NCBI RefSeq assembly: GCF_044704955.1
Contig: NC_091984.1
Coordinates: 145,638,001-145,702,000 of the forward strand
DNA length: 64,000 nt
Source: Pristiophorus japonicus
Lineage: Eukaryota
Direction of reading: 5' to 3'
Shown: piece after piece, positions 47,787 through 59,690 of the stretch
Layout: every line of letters starts with the position of its first letter
How positions within the stretch are numbered: position 1 is the stretch's first letter
Position numbers and translations under genes: made by a program
Notes under the pieces: model-generated
The model's database searches: none
What the model saw: only the letters and a program-made list of their open reading frames with translations
Told to the model about the DNA's origin: nothing

Positions 47787-48866
47787 GGATGCCCCAGAGG
47801 CATAACGGTACAGGCAGCGACTCTTCGCTTATCAACGGACATAGAAGAAAATCCCTTAGCAATACTAAAAGTAGGAAACACTTGTGTAAAGTTCCTGGTG
47901 GATACCGGCGCCACTATGTCCTCTGTACCGCCCTCTGTGGGATTACCCGTAAGCAACACCACTGTTTTAAGCATGGGTGTGGCCGGCGTCCCCTTGAAAG
48001 ATTTTTTATCCGAACCTACTAAATTGACAATTGAAGGACAACAAGTTAATGACGAAACCCTGATAGTCTCTAAGACAACGCCTCTCCCTCTATTAGGAAG
48101 ACAGACTTTGTGCAAACTAGGAGCCACAATATATTGCACAAAGGGAGGGATGTTTATGGAGATCCCTCCAAATAACATTCATCAGTTCTTTAATGGGATA
48201 GAAAGAGAGAAAGAGGAAAAGAATGAAGAAAGTGCTGCCCTTTATAGTTGGCAACTGAGTGGCAACTTCTACTCCTCCCTGATAAAAGAGGCAGTGGAAA
48301 ACTTAAAGATTAAAATTGACCCTAATATTAAAGAGTTATTGTATATCATCTTAACAAGCTTTGAGGCAGTTCAGCTTCACTGTACAGCCTGGTATACTCG
48401 ACACAGGGCTGAAGACTATCAGCGCTTTGTGCAACCGTTCTTAAATAAAAACGAAGTAATAGAAGCTACTCCCCACATTTATTTCGGATCTGAAGGGTTG
48501 GGGGTGGCCGTGGAGCTAACACCGTTACAACAAAAACGATTTAAAGAAGAAAATACGACACCCCATCTGACATTGGCTGTAAAGCCCCCAGCAAAACCTA
48601 AAGACATGGGCGGGATGATCTTAGACATAGAAGAGAAAAGACAGCGACCAGGTTATCAACCATGGGCGATGATAGAACTGCAGGATATACGGCTAGAATT
48701 TATCACCCGTGACAGAGGAATTCTCCACTGGGAGAGAAAAGGGCACGATGCTACGTTTGAAAAACAGCAACCCCCCGGACAAACTAGCCCTAACATACCA
48801 ATGGCACTGAGTCAAGTGTCCCCCGAACTCTGGGCTAAACATAAAAACCATGTTGGACAAGTCTAA
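47787..48866 (+). CDS. ERV-B protease plus 2H-phosphoesterase-like domain, in frame with gag across the amber codon; ends at the RT deletion
   Basis: FLVDTGAT..LLGRQTL protease; LHCTA (His 48378) and PHLTL (His 48564); then RT N-terminus PELWAKHKNHVG and a stop. Confidence 0.85.
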   Translation, partial: GCPRGITVQAATLRLSTDIEENPLAILKVGNTCVKFLVDTGATMSSVPPSVGLPVSNTTVLSMGVAGVPLKDFLSEPTKLTIEGQQVNDETLIVSKTTPLPLLGRQTLCKLGATIYCTKGGMFMEIPPNNIHQFFNGIEREKEEKNEESAALYSWQLSGNFYSSLIKEAVENLKIKIDPNIKELLYIILTSFEAVQLHCTAWYTRHRAEDYQRFVQPFLNKNEVIEATPHIYFGSEGLGVAVELTPLQQKRFKEENTTPHLTLAVKPPAKPKDMGGMILDIEEKRQRPGYQPWAMIELQDIRLEFITRDRGILHWERKGHDATFEKQQPPGQTSPNIPMALSQVSPELWAKHKNHVGQV

Positions 48867-50973
48867 TGTATGTGAATGAAAAAGAAGGATTCGCAACAGC
48901 AGTGTTAACCCAAGAACATGGTGGGGGAAATAGACCAGTTGCTTATTATTCGGTAATGCTCCCCCCAGTAGTACGAGGAATGCCTGCTTGTCTGCGTGCT
49001 GTAGCCGCTACTGCGGTCATGGTGTAAAAATCAGTACCAATTGTATTGGACTATCCGTGCACTGTTATCACCGCGCATGCGGTGCTGTTATTGTTGAATT
49101 CCGCAGCAACTCAGCATTTCACAGCATCCCGAAGGACAGGCTACGAGGTGCTGCTGTTGTCACACCCTAACTACACTTTTCGCCGTGCACCTGCAGTAAA
49201 CCCTGCTGTTTTTGTTCCTACCAGCTCCACTAGAGAAATAGAGGACCCAGACCAGCACGACTGTCTGTCAACAGTGGAGATGGCTACCATGCCTAGACCA
49301 GATTTGCTTACGGAACCAATGGACAATCCCGATCTCATTCTTTATACAGATGGGTCGTCTCACAGACCATCAGACAATTTGCTCCTGGCAGGCTATGCTA
49401 TTGTGAACCCATATGAAATTGTTGAGGCATTTGCCTTGCCCCCCGGAACCTCGGCACAGGCAGCTGAATTGTTCGCCCTAACTAGAGCATGTATATTAGC
49501 TAAAAAATCAATCTTCTAATATATATACCGATTCAAGATATGCATTTGGTGTAGTCCATGATTTTGGACAACTATGGAAAAACAGAGGCTTCATCACCTC
49601 TGGCGGGAAGCATATTAAGCACTCACAATTAGTGCTTAACCTGATAGATGCCATTCAATTGCCAAAAAGGGTTGCTGTTATTAAATGCGCAGCCCACACA
49701 ACTGGTGAAGATGAAGTATCATTAGGAAATAGGAGGGCCGACGAGGCGGCCCGACGAGCCGCTTTGGAACAGACGTGCTGCCTACAGGCAGCCTCAGTCT
49801 CCCCTCTGCCAACACTGAGCGCCCAACAACTTGAAATAGCACAGCAACAAGTTACAGTGCAGGAAAGAAAAACATGGGAGAAACAAGGATGTTTTTTTAA
49901 AAAATAATATCTGGACCCATCCTGACGGACGAACTGTATGTCCCAGGTCTTTGTTTTTGCCCTTGTCTCGCCTAGCTCATGGTCAGGCTCACATGGGCAA
50001 AGGAGGGATGATACATGCTATCAATGCGCCATGGTATGCACCAGGAATAACAGTAATAATTGAGAAAATTGCTAAAACCTGCCAAATTTGCCAACAAAAC
50101 AATAGAGGAAAGACGCCTGCAGAATATGACCATCTACCCCAACCAAGCATGCCCTTTGAAAATTTGCAAATTGATTTTGTCCACATGCCTCCAGTATTAG
50201 GCTTTAAGTATCTATTAGTAATAGTAGATATGTTTACAAGGTGGGTAGAGGCATATGCAACAAGGAAGGATGATGCCCGAACAGTAGTGAAGATCCTATT
50301 TAAAGAAATAGTGCCAAGATATGGGATACCTATGGGAATCAACAGTGACAGAGGAACACATTTTACAGGAAAAATAGTGCAGAATCTAGCCGAAGCGCTA
50401 GGTTTCCAGTGGAAATTGCACATACCGTATCAACCTCAGTCCTCAGGCATGGTGGAAAGAGTCAATGGAGTGATAAAGTCCACCCTTACTAAAGTATGTC
50501 AAGAAACAGGACTAAAATGGCCAGATGCCCTTCCATTGGTACTATATACCATAAGAAACCAAAAGAACCGAAATACTGGTTTGACACCCCATGAAGCCTT
50601 ATTAGGAAGGCCAATGCCTACTGGTGTAAAACCGCCACTAGGAGCAGAAAAGGTAGCATTAATTTGGAATGACGAAAAGTCGCTAAAATATGCTCAGGCC
50701 ATGTGTGAAATAGCGAGAAGCCTGCATGAGCGAATAAAACAGACCCAAGTACCTCCGTCAGAGGGAAACATGCACCCTTTCAGGCCGGGAGAGCAAGTAT
50801 TAGTGAAAACTCTAAACAAGGAATCTTTTTCTCCTAGGTGGAAGGGACCATATCAGATAATCCTCACAAGAACCGCCCTGAAACTGGAAAAACATCCAAA
50901 TTGGATACACGCCACCCGATGTAAATACTACCTTCCAGACGAAACACAGCAAGAAGAAGAAATACCGAGCTAG
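48863..50973 (+). pseudogene. pol: ERV-B pol remainder: RT connection, RNase H, integrase (integrase ORF 49951-50973 open)
   Basis: YVNEKEGFATAVLTQEHG..RPVAYYS; LYTDGSS, SAQAAEL, YTDSRY, KCAAH; HGQAH..CQIC, IDFV/SDRG/MVER, WKGPY. Confidence 0.93.
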
Positions 50974-51068
50974 GGCGGACACACCCCGAAAAGAACTGTA
51001 CTCATCCCCTTTTGTTTCTACCGAGCCAGGCTGGACTAAGAGCATAATACCCCGAAGTATCAAGCTAG

Positions 51069-51269
51069 ATGTCAGAACTTGCCTGTATACCAATTTGGGT
51101 CTTTATCTTGTGGATCACTGTTACTATTGTACTAGTAAGCTATTATTTTAACGAATTGGTTCAGGAGCATTATAGAAGAAAACAAAGGGAGGAAGATGAG
51201 GAAGGACTCCTGGCAAAACTATCAGGGGACACTGGGTATGTTAATCCTTCTGGCAGTGGGAAGAGTTAA
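51069..51269 (+). CDS. ERV-B 66-aa accessory membrane protein with Vpu-like architecture
   Basis: ATG ORF between pol and env, overlapping the env start; N-terminal TM IPIWVFILWITVTIVLVSYYF; EHYRRKQR; DEEGLL; DTGYVNPS. Confidence 0.65.
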   Translation: MSELACIPIWVFILWITVTIVLVSYYFNELVQEHYRRKQREEDEEGLLAKLSGDTGYVNPSGSGKS

Positions 51270-52090
51270 AACAGAAGAAAGGTTTATAAAAGAAGGTAAA
51301 ATATGGAAAGGAGAAATGGCCTGGGGCACGATTGACAAAGCAGGACAGCAGGACACTTATGTATGTTCGGAAAAAAGAGGATTGCAAAGTGGGGAACTTC
51401 ACAGTAAGGTGTGAGGCCTGCGGAATGACATGCCTGACCAGCAAGGAAATAGCTGAGAGCCAAGAAACTAATGGCACGTTTTGTGACCCCGAAGAAGATT
51501 GTCATTTTAAAATAGAAAACAGAGGATGGGTAAAGTGCATGAACCGTACAAAAATACTACATGGGGGAACCTATATTAAACAGTGGACACATAATAAAAA
51601 TAGGCATTCCCCCAGAGATCCGGGCCATTTAAAACAGATATTGACCACCTGCATATCGGTAGTAAGATCCCCAGGTATAGTAAATTTAACCATACAAATC
51701 CTATATCCGCTAAGGGAGAGGGATGGTTGCAACACGACCAGTGTTGGAGTCACACTGGACCGATCCTTGAGAAAAAAGCGAGACGTGCTGGGAACTGTAT
51801 TAGGTGGGGTAGGAGTAGGAATGGGAGCCTTGAACACAATAGATATAGAGACCCTGCAAAACAAAATCCAGGTTGTAGGAGGACTAATAGGAGAAAGTAT
51901 AGAGTTGAGAAACGCGTGGGATGAAGGGCTACAGCAACTACAGGTATCTGGCTACATAACAGACAAGTAATGAACCTAGTAGAAAAAATAGAGCAGAAAA
52001 ATGTGATCGTGAAAGGAAGGTTAAACAGAATAGAGGGACAGTTAGATGACTATAATGAAAAAGAATGTTTAGAGATGAGACCTTACCCCG
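51196..52090 (+). pseudogene. env: ERV-B env, frameshifted with TM truncated
   Basis: Signal peptide GMLILLAVG; Cys-rich short SU with NxT/S sites; furin site RKKR; fusion peptide DVLGTVLGGVGVGMGALN; heptad; no membrane anchor before the LTR. Confidence 0.85.
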
Positions 52091-52169
52091 AGGGGTATGA
52101 GCCTCCCTTTTCTTTCTAAGAAGGAAAGCATGTTGATCATTAAAGATAAAAGATCAACAAGGAGGGAGT

Positions 52170-52712
52170 TGTGGAAGAACTTTAGTTCACGATATAGGAA
52201 GGGGTTAAATTTCTCTCTTCCTTTTAGTAAGTTTAATTCTGTGCTGAGACTGCAGAATCCTGCAAGGCCAGAAAATACTTGATGTCTCTTCTTTGTTAGA
52301 AAAGAACAGATAACATGAAAGCTGTACATCTGGTATTTGTATATGTTAAGATACCCCCATTGCCTGGACAAACTGATTTCTCTGATAAGAGGGGCTTTTA
52401 GTGATGATCTTGCTGACCCTCGAAAAGATTGAATAATGACGTGACAAGATACTGTTGGGCTGTGTAAACTGACCTTTGTGCCCTGTTTAGAATTGGTAAT
52501 GTTCCTGAATAATGTAGGTGTCAATTGTAGAGATAAAATTCCTTTTTTTCTGTATAAAGATGGAACAAGTTTCTATAGAATTTCAGAGTATTGCCTTGGT
52601 AAGGACCAAGCATCTCTCCGAGATATCTCGCCTGTACATATTAAAAGAATCTCTTGAAGCAAGACTCTGAAATCTCCGCTTGAGTTACTTTAACTTAGAA
52701 ATTTCCTCGACA
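52170..52712 (+). repeat. ERV-B 3' LTR
   Basis: Direct repeat of 45454-45996. Confidence 0.97.
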
Positions 52713-53169
52713 CATGGCTACCTCATTTTTAGTAGTCTGGGATGCAGATCATCAGGCCTTGGGGATTTATCGGCCTTCAGTCCCATTAGTTTCTCCAGCT
52801 CTATTTTGTTACGAAAAATCGTTTCCTTTAATTCCTCTTGCTCACTAGACCTTAGGTTCCCTCGCATTTCTTGGATGTTATTTGTGTCCTCTTCCATGAA
52901 GAGGTCATTCAACCCATTGCTGTGTGTGAGAGCTTGCTGTGCACAAATTGGTTGCCGTGTTTCCCACATTACAACAGTGACTACACTTAAAAATGTACTT
53001 CATTGGCTGTGAAGCACTTTGGGACCTCCTCAGGTATGAAAGGTGCAATATAATTGCAGGTCTTTCTTTAATTTGGCTTTTCTTTTTATTAACTGGGACT
53101 CGCACAATTCCCCTGCTGATTAAACCTGGACCCAGCAGAAAATCCCCAGAACACGGACTAATGTTCCAT

Positions 53170-54880
53170 AAGAACATTAGGAGCAGGAGGAGGCCATTCG
53201 GCCCCTTGAGCCTGCTCTGCCATTCAATAAGATCATGGCTGATCATTCCCTCAGCACCCCTTTCCTGCTTTCTCTCCATACCCCTTGATCCCCTTAGCCA
53301 TAAGGGCCATATCTAACTCCCTCTTGAATATATCTAATGAACTGGCATCAACAAATCTCTGCGGCAGGGAATTCCACAGGTTAACAACTCTCTGAATGAA
53401 GAAGTTTCTCCTCAGCGCAGTCCTAAATGGCCTACCCCTTATCCTAAGACTGTGTCCCCTTGTTCTGGACTTCCCCAACATCAGGAACATTCTTCCTGCA
53501 TCTATCCTGTCCAGTCCCATCAGAATTTTACATGTTTTTGTGAGATACCCTCTTATCCTTCTAAACTCCAGTGAATAAAAGCCCAGTTGATCCAGTCTCT
53601 CCTCATATGACAGCCCAGCCATCCCTTGAATCAGTCTGGTGAACCTTCGCTGCACTCTGTCAATAGCAAAAACATCCTTCCTCAGTCTAGGAGACCAAGA
53701 CTGAACACGATATTCCAGGTGAGGTCTCACTAAGGCCCTGTACAGCTGCATTAAGACCTCTCTGCTTCTATATTCAAATCCCCAAACTATGAAGGCCAAC
53801 ATACCACTTGCCTTCTTTACCGCCTGCTGTACCCGCATGCCAACTTTCAGTGACTGATGAACCATGACACCCAGGTCTCATTGCAACTCACCTTTTCCTT
53901 GTTTGCTGCCATTCAGATAATATTCCGACTTTGTGTTTTTGCCTCCAAATTGGATAACCTCACATTTATCCACATTATACTGCATCTGCCATGTATTTGC
54001 CCACTCACCTAACCTGTCCAAGTCACCCTGCTGCCTTTTAGCGTCCTCCACACAGCTCACACCGCCACCCAGTTTAGTGTCATCCACAAACTTGGAGATA
54101 TTACACTCTATTCCTTCATCTCATTCGTTAATGTACATTGTAAAGAGCTGGGGTCCCAGTACTGAGCCCTGCGGCACTCCACTAGTCACTGCCTGCCATT
54201 CTGAAAAGGACCCGTTTATCCTGACTCTCTGCTTCCTGTCTGCCAACCAGTTCCCTATCCATGTCAGTATATTACCCCCAATACCATGTGCTTTGATTTT
54301 GCACACCAATCCCTTGTGTGGGACCTTGTCAAAAGACTTTTGAAAGTCCAAATACACCACATCCACTGGTTCTCCCTTGTCCACTCTGCTCGTTACATCC
54401 TTGAAAAATTCCAGAAGATTCGTCAAGCATGATTTCCCTTTCATAAATCCATGCTGACTTGGTCTGATCCTGTCACTGCTTTCCAAATGTGCTGCGATTT
54501 GATCCTTAATGATTGATTCCAACATTTTCCCCACGACTGATGTAGGGCTAATGGGTCTATAATTACCCATTTTCTCTTTCCCTCCTTTTTAAAAAAAGTG
54601 GTGTTACATTAGCTACCCTCCAGTCCATAGGAACTGATCCAGAGTCGATAGACTGTTGGAAAATGATCACCAATGCATCCACTATTTCTAGGGCCACTTC
54701 CTTGAGTACTCTGGGATGCAGACTATCAGGCCCCTGGAATTTATCGGCCTTCAATCCCATCAATTTCCCTAATACAATTTCCCACCTAATAAGGATATCC
54801 TTCAGTTCCTCCTTCTCACTAGACCCAGTGTCTCCTAGTACCTTCGGAAGGTTATTTGTATATTTCTTCATGAAGACAGT
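53170..54880 (-). mobile_element. CR1 RT through 3' tail
   Basis: [42 protein letters not shown]. Confidence 0.9.
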
Positions 54881-55089
54881 ACCGCGGAGGGGAGGGTTCT
54901 CAGGGGACCAGGGTGGGGGATGGCGGTCGGTGAGTGGGCTCGGGGACCAGGGCACCAGCCAGTTTCCACTCTGCACACACTCTGTTCCCTCTGTGTCTCA
55001 GTCCAGTGTTGCAGTGAGGAGTTTAGGATCTGAGGCTCAGGCTGGTTCTCCGGCACCAACAGCGCCCTGTTGGGAAAGGGTATTAAAGG

Positions 55090-57750
55090 TTAAGAACATA
55101 AGAAATAGGAGCAGTAGTAGGCCACCTGGGCCCTCGAGTCTGCCCCGCCATTTAATAAGATCATGGCTGATCTGATCTTGGACACAGCTCCACTTCCCTG
55201 CCCGCTTCCCATAACCCTTTATTCCCTTATCGCTCAAAAATCTGTCTATCTCCACCTTAAATATAATCAATGACCCAGCCTACACAGCTCTCTAGGGCAG
55301 AGATTTCCACAGATTTACAAGCCTCAGAGAGAAGAAATTCCTCCTCAACTCAGTTTTAAATGGGCGGCCCCTTATTCTGAGACTATGATCCCTAGTACTA
55401 GTTTCCCCTATGTGTGTAAATATCCTCACTGCATCCAACTTGTCGCCCCCTCATTATCTTATATGTTTCGATAAAATCACCTCTCATTCTTCTGAACTCC
55501 AATGATTATAGGCCTAACCTACTCAACCTATCCTCATAAGTCAACCCTCTCATCTTCAGAATCAATCCAGTGAAACTTCTCTGAACTGCTGCCAATGCAA
55601 GTATATCCTTTCTGAAGTATGGATACCAAAACTGTACACAGTACTCCAGGTGTGGCCTCACCAATACCCTGTATAGATGTAGCAGGATTTCTCTGCTTTT
55701 ATACTCTATCCCCCTTGCAATTAAGGCCAACATTTCATTTGCCTTCCTGATTATTGCTGTAACCGCATACTAACTTTTTGTGTTTCATGCACAAGGTCCC
55801 CTTTGCAATTTTTCTCCATTTGAAAATTAATTTGCTTTCCTCTTCATTCTGCCAAAGCGGAAAACCTCACATTTTCCCACATTACACTCCAACTGCCAAA
55901 TTTGTGCCCATTCACTTAGCTGGTCTCTATCCCTTTGCAGACTATTTGTGTCCTCCTCACAATTTGCTTTCCCACCCATCTTTGTCTTATAGGGTGATTA
56001 TTTTTCATTCTACTCTGATACTTAGAAATCGGCTGAAGACATACAATCGCCCTTCCTGGCTGTATCTATTGTAGGTTTGTGGTCGTTGGTTCTGTGACCA
56101 GTTGATCTTCTTTTGGCCATTCTCTGCAGTGTTGTTCCGTCCATGTACGTTCCGTACTACATGTCCTTCTGTCCATTCATCTGTTTGTTCTTTCGACCTG
56201 TGTCCATCTGTACACGTGTCCTTCTATTTCTTCTGTGTGCTTCTTCTTCCGTCTGTTCCTGTCCTTCTTCCGTATTCTGCAGAGCTGCTTCTAGCTCGCA
56301 TATTTATATCCAGGTTATGACTGATCTCCCACCACTGCGGTTTCTGATAAAGTGTTTGCATCAATATATTGTTTTGTGGTCCCCTTGGTTGATTGACTGC
56401 AATAATGGACTCATCTGTTTTCCCATTTGCACACTGAGTCTGTAAGGCTCAAGTTGATTTCTCATCTTCACACCTCATCACAAAAGATGTGCACCTAGTG
56501 TGGTTCCCTTGTTGTCTGGTCTTTTTACAGACTTGGTGTCTCCAGTGAGCTTGTTTTCCCCACCCTGGTCAATCAAGTTCAGGGCCTCATGTAACAACTC
56601 CATTCTTGTTATGCATGGAGTCAGTTTTGTTCCCTGACCAAGAATGCCCTTAATTGTCCAGCTTCATTCCAAAAGTTTTTATTAATCTTTAGTTCATGGT
56701 CTCCTTCTGTGCTTTTCTGAAGATTAGTAACCTTACACTCCCTCCTTTAATGTTTCGCTGATATGAAACTAGAGACATTACTTGTGGAGTTATTTTTCCA
56801 TGAGCTCTATTTGGGTGTATTGCAGTCTCAGTCAAAAACTTCAGATTACATTCCTGTTTTACATCAAAAAACAGTACTTTTTCCTGACAAACCAACACTT
56901 GTACAACAAAAATGTTCGGCCTTGATCTGACTTCAGTTTTATATACAAACACTTTGGCTTTGGTTCATCTAAACAACCCTTCAACATTCCCTTCCTTTGT
57001 ATTCTGTTTTAACTTACAGGATAAGATAAATAGTTACACCAAAGAACCAACGATACACTGGCTAGTGCATGAGACACGATCAGAACCCAGGAGAGAATCT
57101 GAATATTGAATCCCAAATCCCATTTTGGAGCGGCCATTATTTCCTCAATTTCCTCCCTTACTTTTTCATTTGTTTGGTGTAATGTGTAATAGTCTTTGTT
57201 GGATAGCTCAATGTCCTTCTTTGTATCATCAGCAAATTTGGCTACATTACACTCGGTCCCTTCATCTAAGTCATTAATGTAGATTGTAAATAATTGAGGC
57301 CCCAGCACCGATCCCTGCGGCACCCCATTAGTTACCGTTTGCCAATGGGAAAGTGAACCATTTATCCTGACTCTCTGTTTTTTGTTAGTTAGCCAATCTT
57401 CTATCCATGCTAATATATTACCCCCAACCCCGTGAACTTTTATCTTGTGCTTTTTATGTGGCACCTTATCGAATGCCTTCTGGAAATCCAAATACACCAC
57501 ATCTACTGGTTCCCCTTTATCCACCCTGCTCGTTACATCCTCAAAGAATTCCAGCAAATTTGTCAAACATGATTTCCCTTTCATAAAACCGTGCTGACTC
57601 TGCTTGATTGAACTATGCTTTTCCAAATGTCCTGCTACTGCTTCCTTAATAATGGACTCCAGCATTTTCCCAAACACAGATGTTAGGCTAACTGGTCTAT
57701 AGATTCCTGCTTTCTGTCTGCCTCATTTTTTAAATAGGGGCGTTGCATTT
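55090..57750 (-). mobile_element. CR1 split by an ERV fragment (55090-55982 and 57218-57750)
   Basis: cccacccatc-tt(tgt)|atcatcagc is continuous across the insert. Confidence 0.85.
55983..57217 (-). mobile_element. ERV-C fragment: env TM end, PPT and LTR (LTR about 56737-55983)
   Basis: Minus strand [41 protein letters not shown]; aaaggaggag-TGTAAGG; TATAAAT; ends ..taagaCA; TCTT duplicated at both flanks. Confidence 0.6.
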
Positions 57751-58449
57751 GCTGTGCGTGCTTTGGAGAGGGCGTTAAAAGTAGCGGTGACATCCAGAAT
57801 ACCAGATTTTGCCTCAATTCAACAACAACAACTTGTATTTATATAGCGCCTCTAACGTAGTGAAACGTCCCAAGGCACTTCCCAGGAGTATTATGAGATA
57901 CAAAATTTGATACCGAGTCACATAAGAAGAAATTAGTGTAGGTGACCAAAGAGGTATGTTGTAAGGAGTGTCTTGAAGGTGGAAAGAGAGGTCGAGAGAC
58001 GGAGAGGTTTAGGGAGGGATTCCAGAGCTTGGGGTCTCGGCAACAGAAGGCACGGCCACCAATGGTTGAGCGATTATACTCAGGGATGCTCAGGAGGGCT
58101 GAATTGGAGGAGCGCAGACATCTCGGGGGTTGTGGGGCTGGAGAAGATTACAGAGATAGGGAGGGGCGAGGCCATGGAGGGATTTGAAAACAAGTATGAT
58201 AATTTTTAAAAAGAGGCGTTGGTTAATAGGCAGCCGATATCGGTCTCCACTTCCCCACCAGCCTCCCCTCACCGAGCCATTCTCACCGCCCCTCACCTCC
58301 AGCCGCTCCCCTGCCTTCCTCCCTCACTTCCGCCCTCCTCACACCACATCTCTCACCCTCCCTCCCCCCATCCCAACTCACCCCTCACTCCCTCCCAAAC
58401 TCCCGACCTCACATGCCCCTCCCCCCTCCCATCCCCTCTGCCCCTCCCG

Positions 58450-59690
58450 AACCGGAGTAGACCATTCGGTCCCGAGAGCCTGCTCCGCCATTCAATGAGA
58501 TCATGGCTGATCATCTACCGCAACTCAACTTTCCTGCACTGTCCCCATATCCCTTGATTCTCTTTGTATCCAAAAATCTATCGATCTCCGTCTTGAATAT
58601 ACTCAAAGACCGAGCCTCCACAGCCCTCTGGGGCAGAGAATTACAGAGATTCAACACCCTCTGAGTGAAGAGGTTTCTCCTAAATAGCCGACCTCTTATT
58701 TTGAGACTGTGACCCCTGGTTATAGACTCCCCAGCCAGAGGAAACATCCTCCCTGCATCTACACTGTCAAGCCCTGTCAGAATCTTATATGTTTCAATGA
58801 GATCCCCTCTCATTCTTCTAAACTCTGGAGAGTATAGGCCTTGGAATTGCGAAACCAAGGCGGGTAGATGGAGTTCAGATACAGATGAGCCGTGATCTGA
58901 TTGAATGGGGAACAGGCTCGAGGGGCTGAATGGCCTCCTCCTGTTCATTGTGTCCAGCAGCAGCTGTGTACCTCCACAACCTCATCTTGACTTTTATCAG
59001 TCGCATCAGAGCCTTGATTCCCTCACCAGGGGGCTGGTGTTTCCAGATCAATGTCCAGCTGATCGATGCCATGAGTCAGACTCAATGAGTGCTGTCAGCG
59101 GGTGGAAAGGCTGCTCTAACTGCAGCCTTGTTCTAATGCATTTGGGGAGGGGCAACAAGGCAAGGGAATACATAATAAATGGGAGGGTACTGAGAGGGTT
59201 GGAGGAACGGAGGGACCTTGGAGTGCATGTCCACAGATCCCTGAAGGTAGCAGGCCAGGTTGATAAGGTGCTTAAAAAGTCATTCGCAATACTTGCCTTT
59301 ATTAGCCGAGGCATAGAATAGAAGAGCAGGGAGGTTATGCTTGAACTGTATAAAACACTAGTTAGGCCACAGCTAGAGTACTGCGTGCAGTTCTGGTCAC
59401 CACATTACAGGAAAGATGTGATTACACGAGAGAGGGTACAGAGGAGATTCACGAGGATGTTGCCGGGACTGGAGAATTTTAGCTATGAGGAAAGATTGGA
59501 TCTGCTGGGGGTGTTTTCTCACTACATTTAAAAAGTACTTGGATGTGCACTTAAAGTGCTATAACCCACAGGGCTATGGACCCAGGGCAGGAAAGTGGGA
59601 TGAGGCTGGGTCGCTCTTTGTTGGCCGGCGCGGACATGATGGGCCGAAATGGCCTCCATTTGTGCTGTAATTTTCTGTGATTCTATAATC
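58450..59690. mobile_element. CR1 3' fragments (- 58450-58840, + 58855-58945, + 59135-59690)
   Basis: FRRMRGDLIETYKI; [13 protein letters not shown]. Confidence 0.8.

Larger units (their letters stand above)
45454..52712 (+). mobile_element. ERV-B: apparently young, internally deleted endogenous retrovirus in the IgL J-C intron
   Basis: 543-bp LTRs 45454-45996 and 52170-52712; TSD CATGG at 45449-45453 and 52713-52717; PBS; PPT aacaaggagggag. Confidence 0.97.
43910..52880 (-). mobile_element. CR1 split by ERV-B (43910-45453 and 52713-52880)
   Basis: CR1 ..actatttccatgg|ctacctc.. is continuous across the provirus with a CATGG duplication. Confidence 0.88.

Noticed and set aside
57009-57677. 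222-aa ORF fusing RT to a TM segment
   Set aside because: Chance in-frame junction between a CR1 RT fragment and the inserted ERV env tail; not a gene.
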